Below, one piece after another: positions 53,760 through 63,469 of a stretch of 64,000 nucleotides of DNA. Source of the stretch: Armatimonadota bacterium (GTDB lineage: Bacteria; Armatimonadota; UBA10988); the NCBI GenBank assembly GCA_016235455.1, contig JACRKZ010000102.1, forward strand, positions 7,744-71,743, given 5' to 3'. A model generated the notes under the pieces. The model was not told the origin of the DNA, searched no databases, and saw nothing but the letters and a program-made list of their open reading frames with translations. Position numbers and translations under genes: made by a program. Within the stretch, counting starts at the first letter, position 1. Each line of letters opens with the position of its first letter.

Positions 53760-55043
53760 CTAAGCCGACGGGTCGGCCACGCGGCCCAGGAACAGCACCG
53801 CGCCGGTGGGCCGGTCGCGCAGCACCAGCAGGAACGGCCGGTCGATGGTCAGCGTGACGTGGTCACCGGGTGCCGAGGTGGCGCCGATGACCACCGCCGT
53901 GGCCGCGGCGGCTTCGGTGCCGGTCTCGTCGATACGCACGTACGCCTTGTGCAGCACATCGCTGATGGCCAGGTCGCGCCGGCCGTCGATGCCGCTCAGG
54001 TCGGCCAGGGATCCGTCGAAGGCGTCGGTCATGCCCAGCGACTGGAGCGCGGCACTGAGCGGCAGGCTGCTCTCCACCTTGAACTTGGGTAGCGCCAACG
54101 AGACGTCGGTGTTTCTCAACCCACCGAGGATCGCCGTCAGCCGCGCCGCGTCGAGCGCGTTCTCCACCGCGGCGAAGCGGCCGGCGTCGGGCACGAGCAG
54201 CAGCAAGGACAACTGCTCGCCGGCGTAGGGCAGTTCCACCGCGCGCCAGCCGTCGCCGGCCGCATACGGCAGGGCTTGGCGCTGGTTCATGAACGTCACG
54301 GTGACGCTGACGCCAGCCAGCGTGGTGAAGGAGCGGTCGGCGGTCTGCGCCACCTCGAACGGCGTGGCCCAGGGCGCCAGGAAGTAGATGGCGTTGGTCA
54401 GCACCAGCCGCGTCAGCGTCGTCACCGCGCCCGGCGGCAGGAGATTGTTGATGCGGTCGGCGGTCTGGTCGCTGACCCACTGGTTGATGGTGCCGCGCGC
54501 CGCCTCGGCGTTGGCCTGGTAGTCCACCACCCTCATGCCCGCGCCGTAGTTGACCGCCAGCGTGTCCAGGAAGGCCGACTGGAACGTCTCGCCGCGCTGG
54601 CCCCAGATGGCGTTGGCCACGCGCAGCCGGAAGCCCTGGTTGCCGTTTTGCCCCGCCTCGCGCGCGGCCAGCGCCAGGTCGAGCGCGTCGAACGCCGGGT
54701 GCAGCCGCGCCGCGGGCAGGTCGTAGCCGAGCGCGGCGGCCATCTGCGTCGCGGTGTTGCCAGCGGCGCCGGCATAGGCCATGGCCAAGGCCAGCGACAC
54801 GCTGTAGGGTGAGAAGAAGAGGTTGCCCGAGCGGCTCTGGGTGCCATACAGGTTGAGTGCAAAGCGCGTGTTGCCCGCCACCAGCGCGGCCAGATCGCCA
54901 GCGGGCACAACGGGTGACGTGTTGCGCGGCAGATCCGAGGCGATGCGCGACGAGTCGCCCGACTTGCCGCTCGAGCCGCAGCCGCCCAAAGCGGCATAGC
55001 CGGATGCCAGCGCCAGCATCCGCAGGAGAGAACGCCTGTCCAT
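53760..55043 (-). CDS. Serpin (serine protease inhibitor) lipoprotein
   Basis: Trimmed to ATG 55043 (GGGAG upstream). MDRRSLLRMLALASGYAALGGCGS (lipobox). NLFFSPYSVSLALAMAYAGA, LVLTNAIYFLAPW. Reactive-centre hinge: IDETGTEAAAATAVVIGATS...FTIDRPFLLVLRD. Confidence 0.85.
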   Translation of the reverse strand: MDRRSLLRMLALASGYAALGGCGSSGKSGDSSRIASDLPRNTSPVVPAGDLAALVAGNTRFALNLYGTQSRSGNLFFSPYSVSLALAMAYAGAAGNTATQMAAALGYDLPAARLHPAFDALDLALAAREAGQNGNQGFRLRVANAIWGQRGETFQSAFLDTLAVNYGAGMRVVDYQANAEAARGTINQWVSDQTADRINNLLPPGAVTTLTRLVLTNAIYFLAPWATPFEVAQTADRSFTTLAGVSVTVTFMNQRQALPYAAGDGWRAVELPYAGEQLSLLLLVPDAGRFAAVENALDAARLTAILGGLRNTDVSLALPKFKVESSLPLSAALQSLGMTDAFDGSLADLSGIDGRRDLAISDVLHKAYVRIDETGTEAAAATAVVIGATSAPGDHVTLTIDRPFLLVLRDRPTGAVLFLGRVADPSA

Positions 55044-55183
55044 GATCGACTCCCGCCAGATAGGATGCCACTGCAACGCGGCGACGGCCATGGGTGTTCA
55101 AGACGATGGTACGCGCCACGGGGCGATTATCCTCAGAGAACAGTAGTCGCCCCTCTGACTTCCCGGGGTAATCGCTGTCCGCC

Positions 55184-56173
55184 CTACCAGTGCGGCTCGA
55201 TGGCCGGCGGCGTGGCGATGCCGGCCAGGGGATGCTCGCTGACTACCTTCCACACCACCTGCTGCACAAGCTCGGCGAAGCGGGCGTCGGTGACCTTGTA
55301 GGGCTCGGTCGGGAAGCCCTTGGGGTCGCGCCGCAGCAGCGTGGCGTAGAAGGTCGCGCCGACCACGTAAGAGCCCGCGTTGGTCAGGTGGATGGCGTCC
55401 TTGTAGAGGTCGTAGGCGCCCTTGAAGCCGGGCATGTCGCCGGCGCGGAAGCGGCGGTCGAGTTCCAGCAGCACATGGCCGACGGGGATCATCAGCGGCG
55501 GCTTCTTGGCCTTGGGGTTGATGTTGCGCAACGTGCGCGTCAGCGTCTCGAAGTAGTCGGCCGTCTCGTTGGTGGTGTCCCAACCGCCGGTGTACTTCGC
55601 GGTGAAGCGGCCCTCGAACGGGTCGACCTTGCTCCAGTCGGCGGTCTTGCCCTCGACCGGCTTGTCGTAGGCGTCCTTGTCGTAGGGCACGCCCTGGCGG
55701 CCGATCAACATGCGCGGCCAGCGAGCGTAGATGTAGACCTGCACGTCGGGGCTGCGGCGCGTGGCCAGGTCGAAGTACTTCTGGGCATAGAGGATATCGC
55801 CCTGCTCGTCGGCGTTCTTGGGGTCGGCGTTGGCCAGCAGCCGGTCGAAGGGCTGGAGGGTGACGGCGTCCCACTCGTAGTTGGCCAGCGCGTTCAGACC
55901 GCTGCCAAAAGGCTTCTCGACGAACCCGCAGTTGTCGGGCCGGCTCTCGGCCGCGCGCCACAGGCCGAACAGCGGGCAGCCGGGTATCATCTGGCGGCCC
56001 CAGAGCACCTTGGTGCCCAGGCTCTCGGCGCACTGGGCGAAGGCGCGGTAGTTGACGGTATCGGTGACGCTGTTGCCCAGGTAGAAGACGCGCAAGGGCG
56101 GGTCGGCGGCCAGGGCCGAGCCCGCGACGACGGCCAGAGTCAGCAGAACGGTGCCGAGTCGCCTCAGGTCCAT
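55184..56173 (-). CDS. Secreted SGNH/GDSL-like hydrolase (carbohydrate esterase-like)
   Basis: AAGGAAG RBS. Signal MDLRRLGTVLLTLAVVAGSALA. VFYLGNSVTD (block I, Ser) and DAIHLT (block V, DxxH). Confidence 0.65.
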   Translation of the reverse strand: MDLRRLGTVLLTLAVVAGSALAADPPLRVFYLGNSVTDTVNYRAFAQCAESLGTKVLWGRQMIPGCPLFGLWRAAESRPDNCGFVEKPFGSGLNALANYEWDAVTLQPFDRLLANADPKNADEQGDILYAQKYFDLATRRSPDVQVYIYARWPRMLIGRQGVPYDKDAYDKPVEGKTADWSKVDPFEGRFTAKYTGGWDTTNETADYFETLTRTLRNINPKAKKPPLMIPVGHVLLELDRRFRAGDMPGFKGAYDLYKDAIHLTNAGSYVVGATFYATLLRRDPKGFPTEPYKVTDARFAELVQQVVWKVVSEHPLAGIATPPAIEPHW

Positions 56174-56282
56174 GGTTCAACTTCCTTGTCTGGTGCAAGT
56201 TCGGCGCGGCGCAGGGCCGATCCTGCACTGCGGCGGCAGGAACTCATGGCACGCAGCCGAACCGACTCACGGGAGGGCACCC

Positions 56283-56576
56283 ATGGACGACGGCCGACAG
56301 CGCCGACGCGAGGTGGAGGCTCGGCAGATCGAGCGTCGAGCGCGGCTGCTGGCGCGCTATGGCCTGGGCATCGACGAGCCGCACCGCCTGGCGCACAAGC
56401 TGCGCTGCTGTCGCCGTGGCTGCCTCTACTGCCGTCTGGAAGCCGACCGCCGATCCGTGCTGCGCACCGAGCGCCGGTTGGTGCTCGACGATGACGACCG
56501 GGCAGCGCTCGGCGCGCACGCGACCGACCGGCTGAGCCGGCTGCGCACGCGTCGTCGCCACCGGCAGGTGCCCTAG
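56283..56576 (+). CDS. Hypothetical Arg-rich small protein (97 aa) with CCxxGCxxC
   Basis: ATG 56283 with GGGAGGG 5 nt upstream. Third-codon positions are mostly G/C. ARYGLGIDEPHRLAHKLRCCRRGCLYC. Convergently overlaps the ADH stop by 4 nt (CTAG). Confidence 0.35.
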   Translation: MDDGRQRRREVEARQIERRARLLARYGLGIDEPHRLAHKLRCCRRGCLYCRLEADRRSVLRTERRLVLDDDDRAALGAHATDRLSRLRTRRRHRQVP

Positions 56577-57607
56577 CGCTTCAACCTCACCAGCGCCTTC
56601 ACCGTCCGCCGCGCGCGCACCGCGTCGAACGCCTCGCCGATGCGCGCCAGCGGCCAGGCCGCCTCGACGTCGTACCACAGCCGCGCGTCGAGCTTGCCGC
56701 ACAGCACGAACTCGGACACCCGCTGGTGCGTCTCGGCCTCGTCGTAGTTGCCGCCGCCATAGACCGTGAACGCGCCGCGGGCGCGGGTCGGATCGAGCCG
56801 GATCTGCCCCAGGTCATCGATGCCATACGTGGCGTACTTGCCGCCGGGCTTGAGCACAGGCAACACCGCGTCGGCCACGCTCCGGCGGCCCACGGCGTCG
56901 ATGATGATGTCCACGCCACCCGGCAACGCGGCGGCCAGCGCCGCGCCGAGATCCTCGCGGCGGTAATCCAGGTACGTATCCACCCCGGCCAGCGCCTGCG
57001 CCGGCTCAGCCAGCGCGGCCGAGCCGACCATGGCCACCGTCGCCGCGCCCACGTTGCGCGCGTGCGCCGCATAGCTCAGCCCATTGCCGCCCGAGCCCAC
57101 CACCAGGATCGACTGCCCGGCGGCAAACCCCAGTCGCGTCAGGTAGGACAGCGTCTCGCGCCAGGTGGTGAACATCGGCGCGACGCGCTCATCGATGCCA
57201 TGCGGCACGACCTGGTTGACGCGATGGCCCATCCACTGCTCGGCGGGCAGGCCGTCGGCGGCCATGGCCCACCAGTCACGTGCCAGACCATACTCGGCGA
57301 ACCCGCCCCAGGTCACCGACAGCCCCACCTCGGGCGCCGCGGGCGTGCCCACACGGGTCACCAGATCGCCCACGCGCAGGTGCCGCACCTTGGCGCCAAG
57401 CTCCACCACGCGGCCCACCGACTCATGCCCGAACACCGTGGGCAGCGGCGAGAGGTAGGGGAACCCGCCGTCGATGATGTGTGTGTCGGTGCCGGTGCAA
57501 CTCGCGCCGTAGACCAGCTCGCACAGCGCCTCATACGGCCCGGGCCGGGGCTCGGGCATCTCACGCACGACCAGTTGACCGGGACCCTCGACGACGGCTG
57601 CCAGCAT
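56573..57607 (-). CDS. Zinc-dependent medium-chain alcohol/polyol dehydrogenase
   Basis: Track ORF 56573-58606 trimmed to ATG 57607 (AAGGAAGGG upstream). MLAAVVEGPGQLVVREMPEP, CGTDTHII, GHESVGRVVELG, VVGSGGNGL (Rossmann). Confidence 0.85.
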   Translation of the reverse strand: MLAAVVEGPGQLVVREMPEPRPGPYEALCELVYGASCTGTDTHIIDGGFPYLSPLPTVFGHESVGRVVELGAKVRHLRVGDLVTRVGTPAAPEVGLSVTWGGFAEYGLARDWWAMAADGLPAEQWMGHRVNQVVPHGIDERVAPMFTTWRETLSYLTRLGFAAGQSILVVGSGGNGLSYAAHARNVGAATVAMVGSAALAEPAQALAGVDTYLDYRREDLGAALAAALPGGVDIIIDAVGRRSVADAVLPVLKPGGKYATYGIDDLGQIRLDPTRARGAFTVYGGGNYDEAETHQRVSEFVLCGKLDARLWYDVEAAWPLARIGEAFDAVRARRTVKALVRLKR

Positions 57608-57612
57608 GTCCA

Positions 57613-60576
57613 CTACCCTTCCTTGCTCGCCTGGCCCAGAAGGACCACCTCGCGGTACACACAGAACCCCAACGGCCCATCGCCAAAGCTCAGGCGCACG
57701 GCCACCACGCGCTTCGCCAGCAGCGCGCCGTTCCCTGCGGCCAGGCGCACCTGCGAGCTGCCGCCCGCGCAGACCAGCCGGGCCTCGCCCAGCGGCTCGA
57801 AGCGGTCGGGCGCATCCGCGGTCGCTGCCGACACCGCGTAGCTCTGGCTCGCGCGCTGGTCGTCGTGGCCGGCGAAGGTGCGGATCTCGCTCAGGTCGCA
57901 CGCTCGCGCCAGCCGCAGCGTCAGCGTCTGGCCGGCGGCATAGCCGCGGAAGGTCTTGCCGTCGGTGGCGGTCGCGTCGCCACCCGCCGCGTTGAGCGTC
58001 GTGCCGTTGAGCAGCGCGGCCGGCGTGGGCGCGCCGCCGTCGTGCGCGGCACCGCTCTCCTCGGTGCCGGCGATGGCCAGGCGCTCGGCCGTGGTGATGT
58101 CGCTCTCGAAGCCGGCCAGCGAGGCGTCCGTGGTGCGGCCGGTAACCACCGGCGTGGCTCCCTCGGCCGACAGGCGCTGCTCGACAACGGTGGTGGCGGG
58201 CGCCGGCGGCGGCGCTGGGGCGGTGGTGACCGTACCCGCGTGTGCGCCGGCGCCCAACTCGGCGCAGACGTAGCGGCCATCGACCGTGGCCTTGGCCGGC
58301 TTGCCGTCGACGATCAGCGTCTTCGCCTCGGCGTCGGGCAGGCGCAATCTGGCCCGCGTGCCGGGGGGCACGTCCAGGTTGAAGCGGAGTTGCCGGCCCT
58401 CCCGGCGCCACGCGACCGGCACCGGCCCGAACTCCGTGCAGACGACGCCGCCGGCCTCCGTCAGGTCGGCCAGGCGCGGCTCGATGATCAGCCGCCGCCC
58501 GCTCACCGGCCCGTCGAGCCGCACGCCCAGCACATAGGAGCTGAGGAACCAGGCCGGCACCGAGCCGTAGTTGTGGCACGACTCCGGTCCGCTGAACATT
58601 TCCCACAGCGTGCCACAGTCGTCCGGCTTGACCATCCGCGCCCAGCGCCGGCGCATCTCGCCCAGCGCCAGCGCGTCGGCCGAAGCGCTGTCCATGCGGT
58701 ACAGCTCGCCGAACACCCAGTAGTAGGTGACCGGCATGCCGATGCCCGCGCGCCGGGCCACCGACTGCTCGTAGTCGTTGTTGTCACCGCAATGCCACAC
58801 CGCCGGCCGCTGGTAGTTGGCCTGGAACCAGGCTCGAGTCGAAGCCACGCGCTCGGCCGGCACCACGCCGCGGGCCAGCGCCAGCAGCGCCGCGTGCGCC
58901 GTCGGGCCGAGCCGTTTGTCCTTGACATACCCCGAGTCATACGTCCCCTCGGCCGCGTTCCACAGGTGCTGGTGTATGGCCGTGGTCAGGTCGGCCGCCT
59001 CGCGCGCGTAGCCCGGCTGCCCGATGACCGCGCCGAGCGCCGTGGCATCGCGCAGCGCCTGGGCCACGAAGGCGTTGAGCGCGGTGCCCTCGCAGGTCAC
59101 ATAGGCCAGCGGGTCGTCGAACGAGGTGTACTGCCGGGCTGAGACCAGCCCGCGCGGCGTGCGATGGTCGAGGAACCAGCGCATCTGGCGGACCAGCGCC
59201 GGCCACATCTCGCGCACGAAGGCGTCGTCGCCGGTGGCCAGCCAGTAGAGCCGCAGCGACTCCACCCACTGGCAGGCGTAGTCTTCGATGTAGCCGTGGA
59301 TGTCCCAGCGGTCGGAGATGGAGTGCGCCTTGAGCCGGCCGTCGGGCGTCTGCGACAGGGCGATATGGCGCAGCAGGTTCTTCAACAGCCGCGGGTCGGA
59401 GTAGACCGGCCGACCACCTTCGCCCGGCCCGGCCAGCGCCACGCGGCTGGTGATGAAGTTGGGCTGGGCCGGATCCTGCAGCCACTCGTTGCGCTCGCGC
59501 GCGTCGGCGCCGTAGGCGTCGTCGCAGGTGGACTCGATGGTGTTGACCGCCATCTCCCACAAGCGGTTGAGGAACGGATCGCTGCACGCGAACCGCCCGA
59601 CCCGCTCGAACGGGTAGCGCCGGTCGGTCATGGTCAGGCCGAGCACCTTCACGCGGCCGACCGCGCAGCGCAGCGTGACGTAGTGACAGCCCCATTCGTC
59701 GCCGGTGACGAAGCTCTGCCGGCCGGCGCGTGCGGTGTAAGTGGTGCCCTCGCCGTAGGTCTCGGTGGGTTGGCCGTTAATGCTGCGCAGCGAGTAGCTC
59801 AGCTTGAGCACGCTGTCGGCGTCCGCCTCCAGATCGACCGCGGCCCAGGCCATGGCCATGCGGCCCAGGTCGACGGTCACCTGCTGCCCAGCGCTCAGTT
59901 CGGCGGGAATGCCGCGCAGGCCGGTCAGCTCGCGCTCGCGGGCCAGCGGGATAGCCCGCGGCTGCAGAGCGCCCCACAGCGCCCCATCGACCGCCCGGGC
60001 CGCCTCCCAGGCGGAATCGTCGAAGTCGGGCTGGGTCCAGTCGCCGGTCTCCAGGCGCGCGTCGATGACATCGGGGATGGAGCCCCAGGCCGCGGGCGAC
60101 GGGCGGTACCGCGTGCGGCTGCTGCAGCGCCACGCGGTGTCGGTGCGCACGGTCTCCGCACCGCCGACGGTCAGCACGGCACCGAATCCGGGCGCATGCT
60201 CGATGACCTTCGAGTTGTGCCCGCCGGCATAGCCATGCACCAGCGCCACGAGCACGTTGCGGCCGGCGCGCAGGTACGGCGCGACCTCGACGCTGTCGTA
60301 CTCGGGGCGCTGCGGGTCGAACCGGCACGGCCCGCGCAGCACATAGCGCCCGTTGATCCACAGGATGTAACGCGAGTCGGCAAACAGATGCAGCGTCGCG
60401 GCCGTCGGCGCCTGCGGCAGGTCGACCGCGCGGCGGAAGGCGACGTACGCCTGTTGACCCGCCGGCACCGCGGGCGACCAGACCAGCGAGGCTTGCAGCC
60501 GCGGGCCGAGGTCGGCGGCGTGAGCGCTGGCCAGGCAGGTCAGCAGCGTCAGCAGGCGGAGGGGATGGCTGTGCAT
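57613..60576 (-). CDS. Secreted GH78-like alpha-L-rhamnosidase with C-terminal discoidin/CBM-like domain
   Basis: Signal MHSHPLRLLTLLTCLASAHA. N-terminal LHLFADSRYILWINGRYVLRGP...YLRAGRNVLVALVHGY (GH78 N-domain pattern). Six-hairpin region with DDAYGADARERNEWLQDP. C-terminal beta-sandwich ~150 aa. Confidence 0.65.
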   Translation of the reverse strand: MHSHPLRLLTLLTCLASAHAADLGPRLQASLVWSPAVPAGQQAYVAFRRAVDLPQAPTAATLHLFADSRYILWINGRYVLRGPCRFDPQRPEYDSVEVAPYLRAGRNVLVALVHGYAGGHNSKVIEHAPGFGAVLTVGGAETVRTDTAWRCSSRTRYRPSPAAWGSIPDVIDARLETGDWTQPDFDDSAWEAARAVDGALWGALQPRAIPLARERELTGLRGIPAELSAGQQVTVDLGRMAMAWAAVDLEADADSVLKLSYSLRSINGQPTETYGEGTTYTARAGRQSFVTGDEWGCHYVTLRCAVGRVKVLGLTMTDRRYPFERVGRFACSDPFLNRLWEMAVNTIESTCDDAYGADARERNEWLQDPAQPNFITSRVALAGPGEGGRPVYSDPRLLKNLLRHIALSQTPDGRLKAHSISDRWDIHGYIEDYACQWVESLRLYWLATGDDAFVREMWPALVRQMRWFLDHRTPRGLVSARQYTSFDDPLAYVTCEGTALNAFVAQALRDATALGAVIGQPGYAREAADLTTAIHQHLWNAAEGTYDSGYVKDKRLGPTAHAALLALARGVVPAERVASTRAWFQANYQRPAVWHCGDNNDYEQSVARRAGIGMPVTYYWVFGELYRMDSASADALALGEMRRRWARMVKPDDCGTLWEMFSGPESCHNYGSVPAWFLSSYVLGVRLDGPVSGRRLIIEPRLADLTEAGGVVCTEFGPVPVAWRREGRQLRFNLDVPPGTRARLRLPDAEAKTLIVDGKPAKATVDGRYVCAELGAGAHAGTVTTAPAPPPAPATTVVEQRLSAEGATPVVTGRTTDASLAGFESDITTAERLAIAGTEESGAAHDGGAPTPAALLNGTTLNAAGGDATATDGKTFRGYAAGQTLTLRLARACDLSEIRTFAGHDDQRASQSYAVSAATADAPDRFEPLGEARLVCAGGSSQVRLAAGNGALLAKRVVAVRLSFGDGPLGFCVYREVVLLGQASKEG

Positions 60577-60625
60577 GGACGTTGCTCCCAGGGCCGCTGG
60601 CCCGTCTCGAACTGCGCCGCCCGGG

Positions 60626-61546
60626 TCACAACCCCAGCAGCGGATCCGGCATGGTCAACCACGCCGCCCCGGCATCGCTGACACCGGCGAACAGCGTCGC
60701 CGTGCCATCCCAATGCCGCTGAAGCCCGCCGCTGAAGACCACGTCGACCAGGTCGGGCCGCTTGGCCGGGCCGGGCGGGAACTGCGCGCGCGTGGCGATG
60801 ATGCGCACCGGCGTCGTGGCCAACGTATCGGGGTCGACGGCGAAGACCATCGGGTAGTAGTGGCGGATATCGCCGGCCTCCATCCAGGCGATATGGCCCA
60901 GCACGCCGAACCGGCCGTCGGGCAGCAGGTGCGCCTCGTTGGCCCCACCCCACTCGTAGGGCACGAAGTTGGTCGTCAGCAGCGGCGCTTCGGCGATCCG
61001 CTCGGCGGTCAGGTCGGCGAGCCGGTCGACCGTGGTCAGGCCGATGCGCGCGCGCCACTCGGCGGCGCCGTGCGGGCGGCTGAAGACCGTCACCCGGCCG
61101 TCACGCCGTTGGGCCAGGCGGATGTCCTTCATGTGGTCGGGCCCGCTGAGGAAGTGTTCCAGCCCGTCCAGCCGCCGGCCGCGATAGAAGTCCATGCGCC
61201 AGCCGATCTGGCCGCTCGGCAGCGTGACCGGGTAGCGCACGCCACCCAGCACCAGTTCGCCGTCGACGAAGGCCACGCACGGGTCCTGCAAGGCCTCGAA
61301 GGTCGGCGCCTCGGGACACGGATGCCAGACGCCGTCGGCCGCGCGCTCGAACAGCATCAGCGTCGAATACTCGGTGGCCCGTGACTCCACGCGGCCGGCC
61401 AGCAACAGGCGTCCGTCGAACCAGAACGGCGCGGCGATGTTGTAGACGTCGCAGTCGCCCACGCCGCCGAAGCGCAACGTGCCGGTGGCGAGCGGCGGCG
61501 CCGGCAGGTTGGCCAGCAGTTGCGCACAGGTCAGGGGCGAGGCCAT
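60626..61546 (-). CDS. DUF1861-like beta-propeller protein (GH130-related fold, tentative)
   Basis: Trimmed to ATG 61546 (AAGGAGA upstream), giving MASPLTCAQLL. DVYNIAAPFWFDGRLLLAGRVESRATEYS, LQDPCVAFVDGELVLGG. Confidence 0.5.
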   Translation of the reverse strand: MASPLTCAQLLANLPAPPLATGTLRFGGVGDCDVYNIAAPFWFDGRLLLAGRVESRATEYSTLMLFERAADGVWHPCPEAPTFEALQDPCVAFVDGELVLGGVRYPVTLPSGQIGWRMDFYRGRRLDGLEHFLSGPDHMKDIRLAQRRDGRVTVFSRPHGAAEWRARIGLTTVDRLADLTAERIAEAPLLTTNFVPYEWGGANEAHLLPDGRFGVLGHIAWMEAGDIRHYYPMVFAVDPDTLATTPVRIIATRAQFPPGPAKRPDLVDVVFSGGLQRHWDGTATLFAGVSDAGAAWLTMPDPLLGL

Positions 61547-61562
61547 CGATCCGTCTCCTTGG

Positions 61563-63416
61563 TCAGGTTCGCGTCCACCGGCCAAAGTCCCACACCATCC
61601 GCCGCCCGCCGTGCTCGACGATCAGCGTGTCGCCGCCAACGGCCTGCTTGACCCACGGGCTGTCGGTCAGCGGGAAGGCGCGGTAGTCCACGGTCTTGCC
61701 GTCCACCCGGTGCTGGTCGCGATAGGCGGTGCCGTGTGGCGTGTAGGTGAGGTCCAGCCGGTGGCCGGCCAGGTTGGTGTAGACCAGTCGTGGCGTCTTC
61801 GCGGCCAGCCCCGTGGCGTCGAGCCGGGTCCTGGCGCCCAGCGCATCGGCGAAGCGCGCCAGTTCCGCGTCGATGCCGCCACCGGCATACGGCGCCAGCT
61901 CGCTGGCCTCCAGCACCCAGGCGTTGCGCCGTTCGTTCGACCAGAGCACATCGCAGCCGTTCTCGGGCTTGCCCCAGGCGCCGGGCTTCACCAGCCGATA
62001 GGCAAAGAGCGTCGAGCCGCCGTGGCAGACCACCCAGCCTTCGCGCTCGACGCGCCGGACGATGGCGCCGGACAGCGGGAAGGGCACGTACAGCCGGTAG
62101 AACGGGAAGGCCGCCGGCACGTCGTAGAGCGCGATCTGCGTGGCTTCGTGTTGCAGGATCTGCTCATACGGGTTGTCGCCGTAGCCGAAGGCGTTCTTGG
62201 TCACGTCCTTCGGCCGGTAGGGACGCAGCAGGTTCTCCTGCTGCACCGCGAAGGTGCTCATCGGCTTGTCGGACACCCACTTGAGCATCTGCCGCTTCTG
62301 CTCCTTGTAGAGCCCGTCATCGCGGCTGGGGATGCTCTCCCACTGGCTGGCCAGGCTGTAGCTGGAGGTGTGCCAGGTCTGCAGTCGGATATCACGACCG
62401 CCCAGCGAAGCCACCGTCTGGCGCAGCAGGTGCGGCGCGGCACGGTCGTTGGCCACCTCGGCCACCAACGGCGGCAGGTGCCAGCGGCCGGGCCAGGCCA
62501 TCCAGAAGACGTGATACGGGCCCGTGGGCGACACGGCTATGCCGCGCCGGCCACCGAAGTACAGCCAGCCCACGCCGCCCGTGGAGCCGTTGGCGTCGGG
62601 GCTGGTGGCCACTGAGAACCAGTACTTGGCGCGTGAGCAGGCGCTGACGTAGTAGCCCTGGTTCCAGGCGCACGCCAGGTTGATCATCATCGCGTCAAGT
62701 GTCAGCTCCGCCTGCCGGCGGATGGTCTCATCCTGGGCGAACTCGGCGATCATACGCACCGGCATCAGGTCGCAGGCGAAGTAGATGGGCGCGTTGTACT
62801 CGTCCAAGCCGCGCGTGCAGATGCTCCGGAAGTACTCGCTGAGCCGCCGTCCGCAGGCCGTGCGAATCGCCGGGGCATCCAGCCCGTCCGCGTCGACCAG
62901 GTCGGGCCAGCGCTCGGCGGCGAGGTAACCTGCGCCGTCCTTCATGAGCCGGTAGTTCATGGCGCCGTAGCCGGTGTATTCGCGGTGCCGCCAGGTGGCC
63001 ACGAGGTCGCGGATTTTGAGAGCCGTGGCGGCGGGTATCTTCTCGGGGCAGAGGAGGTAGCCGTTGACCAGCGCATGTTTGTCGAACGGGTCACCAGGGT
63101 TGTTGTCGGTGGGATTGGCCTTGGATTTGGCTCGCGCCGCCGGCAGGACCGCGCTCACGGCCGCATCGATGCCTTTCAGCGCATACGCCGTGTCCTGGTC
63201 GAGGATCAGCCGCGCGGCGTAGTAGCCCATGGCTTCCTTGGGGTAGTTCGGCTTGGATGGTTTGTTCGTCGCACACCAGCGCAGGTACGCGGCGCAGCGC
63301 GCCTCGGCGCTCGCGCCGTTGATCGTCGCGCCGCCCGCGGCACCCGCGGGCACGTCGTCACCCTCCTGCGCCAACGCAGGCGTCAACAGCAGCGCCAGCA
63401 GCCAGACCACCCTCAT
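61563..63416 (-). CDS. Secreted hypothetical protein (617 aa), probable glycan-active enzyme of unknown family
   Basis: Signal MRVVWLLALLLTPALAQ. Long ORF with coding-like composition, in an operon with the GH78-like and DUF1861-like genes. I recognise no motif. Confidence 0.75.
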   Translation of the reverse strand: MRVVWLLALLLTPALAQEGDDVPAGAAGGATINGASAEARCAAYLRWCATNKPSKPNYPKEAMGYYAARLILDQDTAYALKGIDAAVSAVLPAARAKSKANPTDNNPGDPFDKHALVNGYLLCPEKIPAATALKIRDLVATWRHREYTGYGAMNYRLMKDGAGYLAAERWPDLVDADGLDAPAIRTACGRRLSEYFRSICTRGLDEYNAPIYFACDLMPVRMIAEFAQDETIRRQAELTLDAMMINLACAWNQGYYVSACSRAKYWFSVATSPDANGSTGGVGWLYFGGRRGIAVSPTGPYHVFWMAWPGRWHLPPLVAEVANDRAAPHLLRQTVASLGGRDIRLQTWHTSSYSLASQWESIPSRDDGLYKEQKRQMLKWVSDKPMSTFAVQQENLLRPYRPKDVTKNAFGYGDNPYEQILQHEATQIALYDVPAAFPFYRLYVPFPLSGAIVRRVEREGWVVCHGGSTLFAYRLVKPGAWGKPENGCDVLWSNERRNAWVLEASELAPYAGGGIDAELARFADALGARTRLDATGLAAKTPRLVYTNLAGHRLDLTYTPHGTAYRDQHRVDGKTVDYRAFPLTDSPWVKQAVGGDTLIVEHGGRRMVWDFGRWTRT

Positions 63417-63429
63417 GCCCTTGTCTCCG

Positions 63430-63455
63430 CGTCGGCGCAGTATAGCGCGCCGACG
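63430..63455 (-). other. Intergenic hairpin between the glycyl-radical enzyme gene and the next gene
   Basis: CGTCGGCGC (63430-63438) pairs with GCGCCGACG (63447-63455). 8-nt AT-rich loop, no U-tract. Confidence 0.25.
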
Positions 63456-63469
63456 GGTCGGCGACGAGG

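Noticed and set aside
56573-58606. The 677-aa track ORF, and other long N-terminal extensions (49989-51251, 36486-37850, 18573-22127, 24536-25897)
   Set aside because: The upstream portions are out-of-context, Arg/Pro-rich, and overlap neighbouring genes. Internal ATGs with Shine-Dalgarno motifs give proper signal peptides or family-typical N-termini, so the genes were trimmed.
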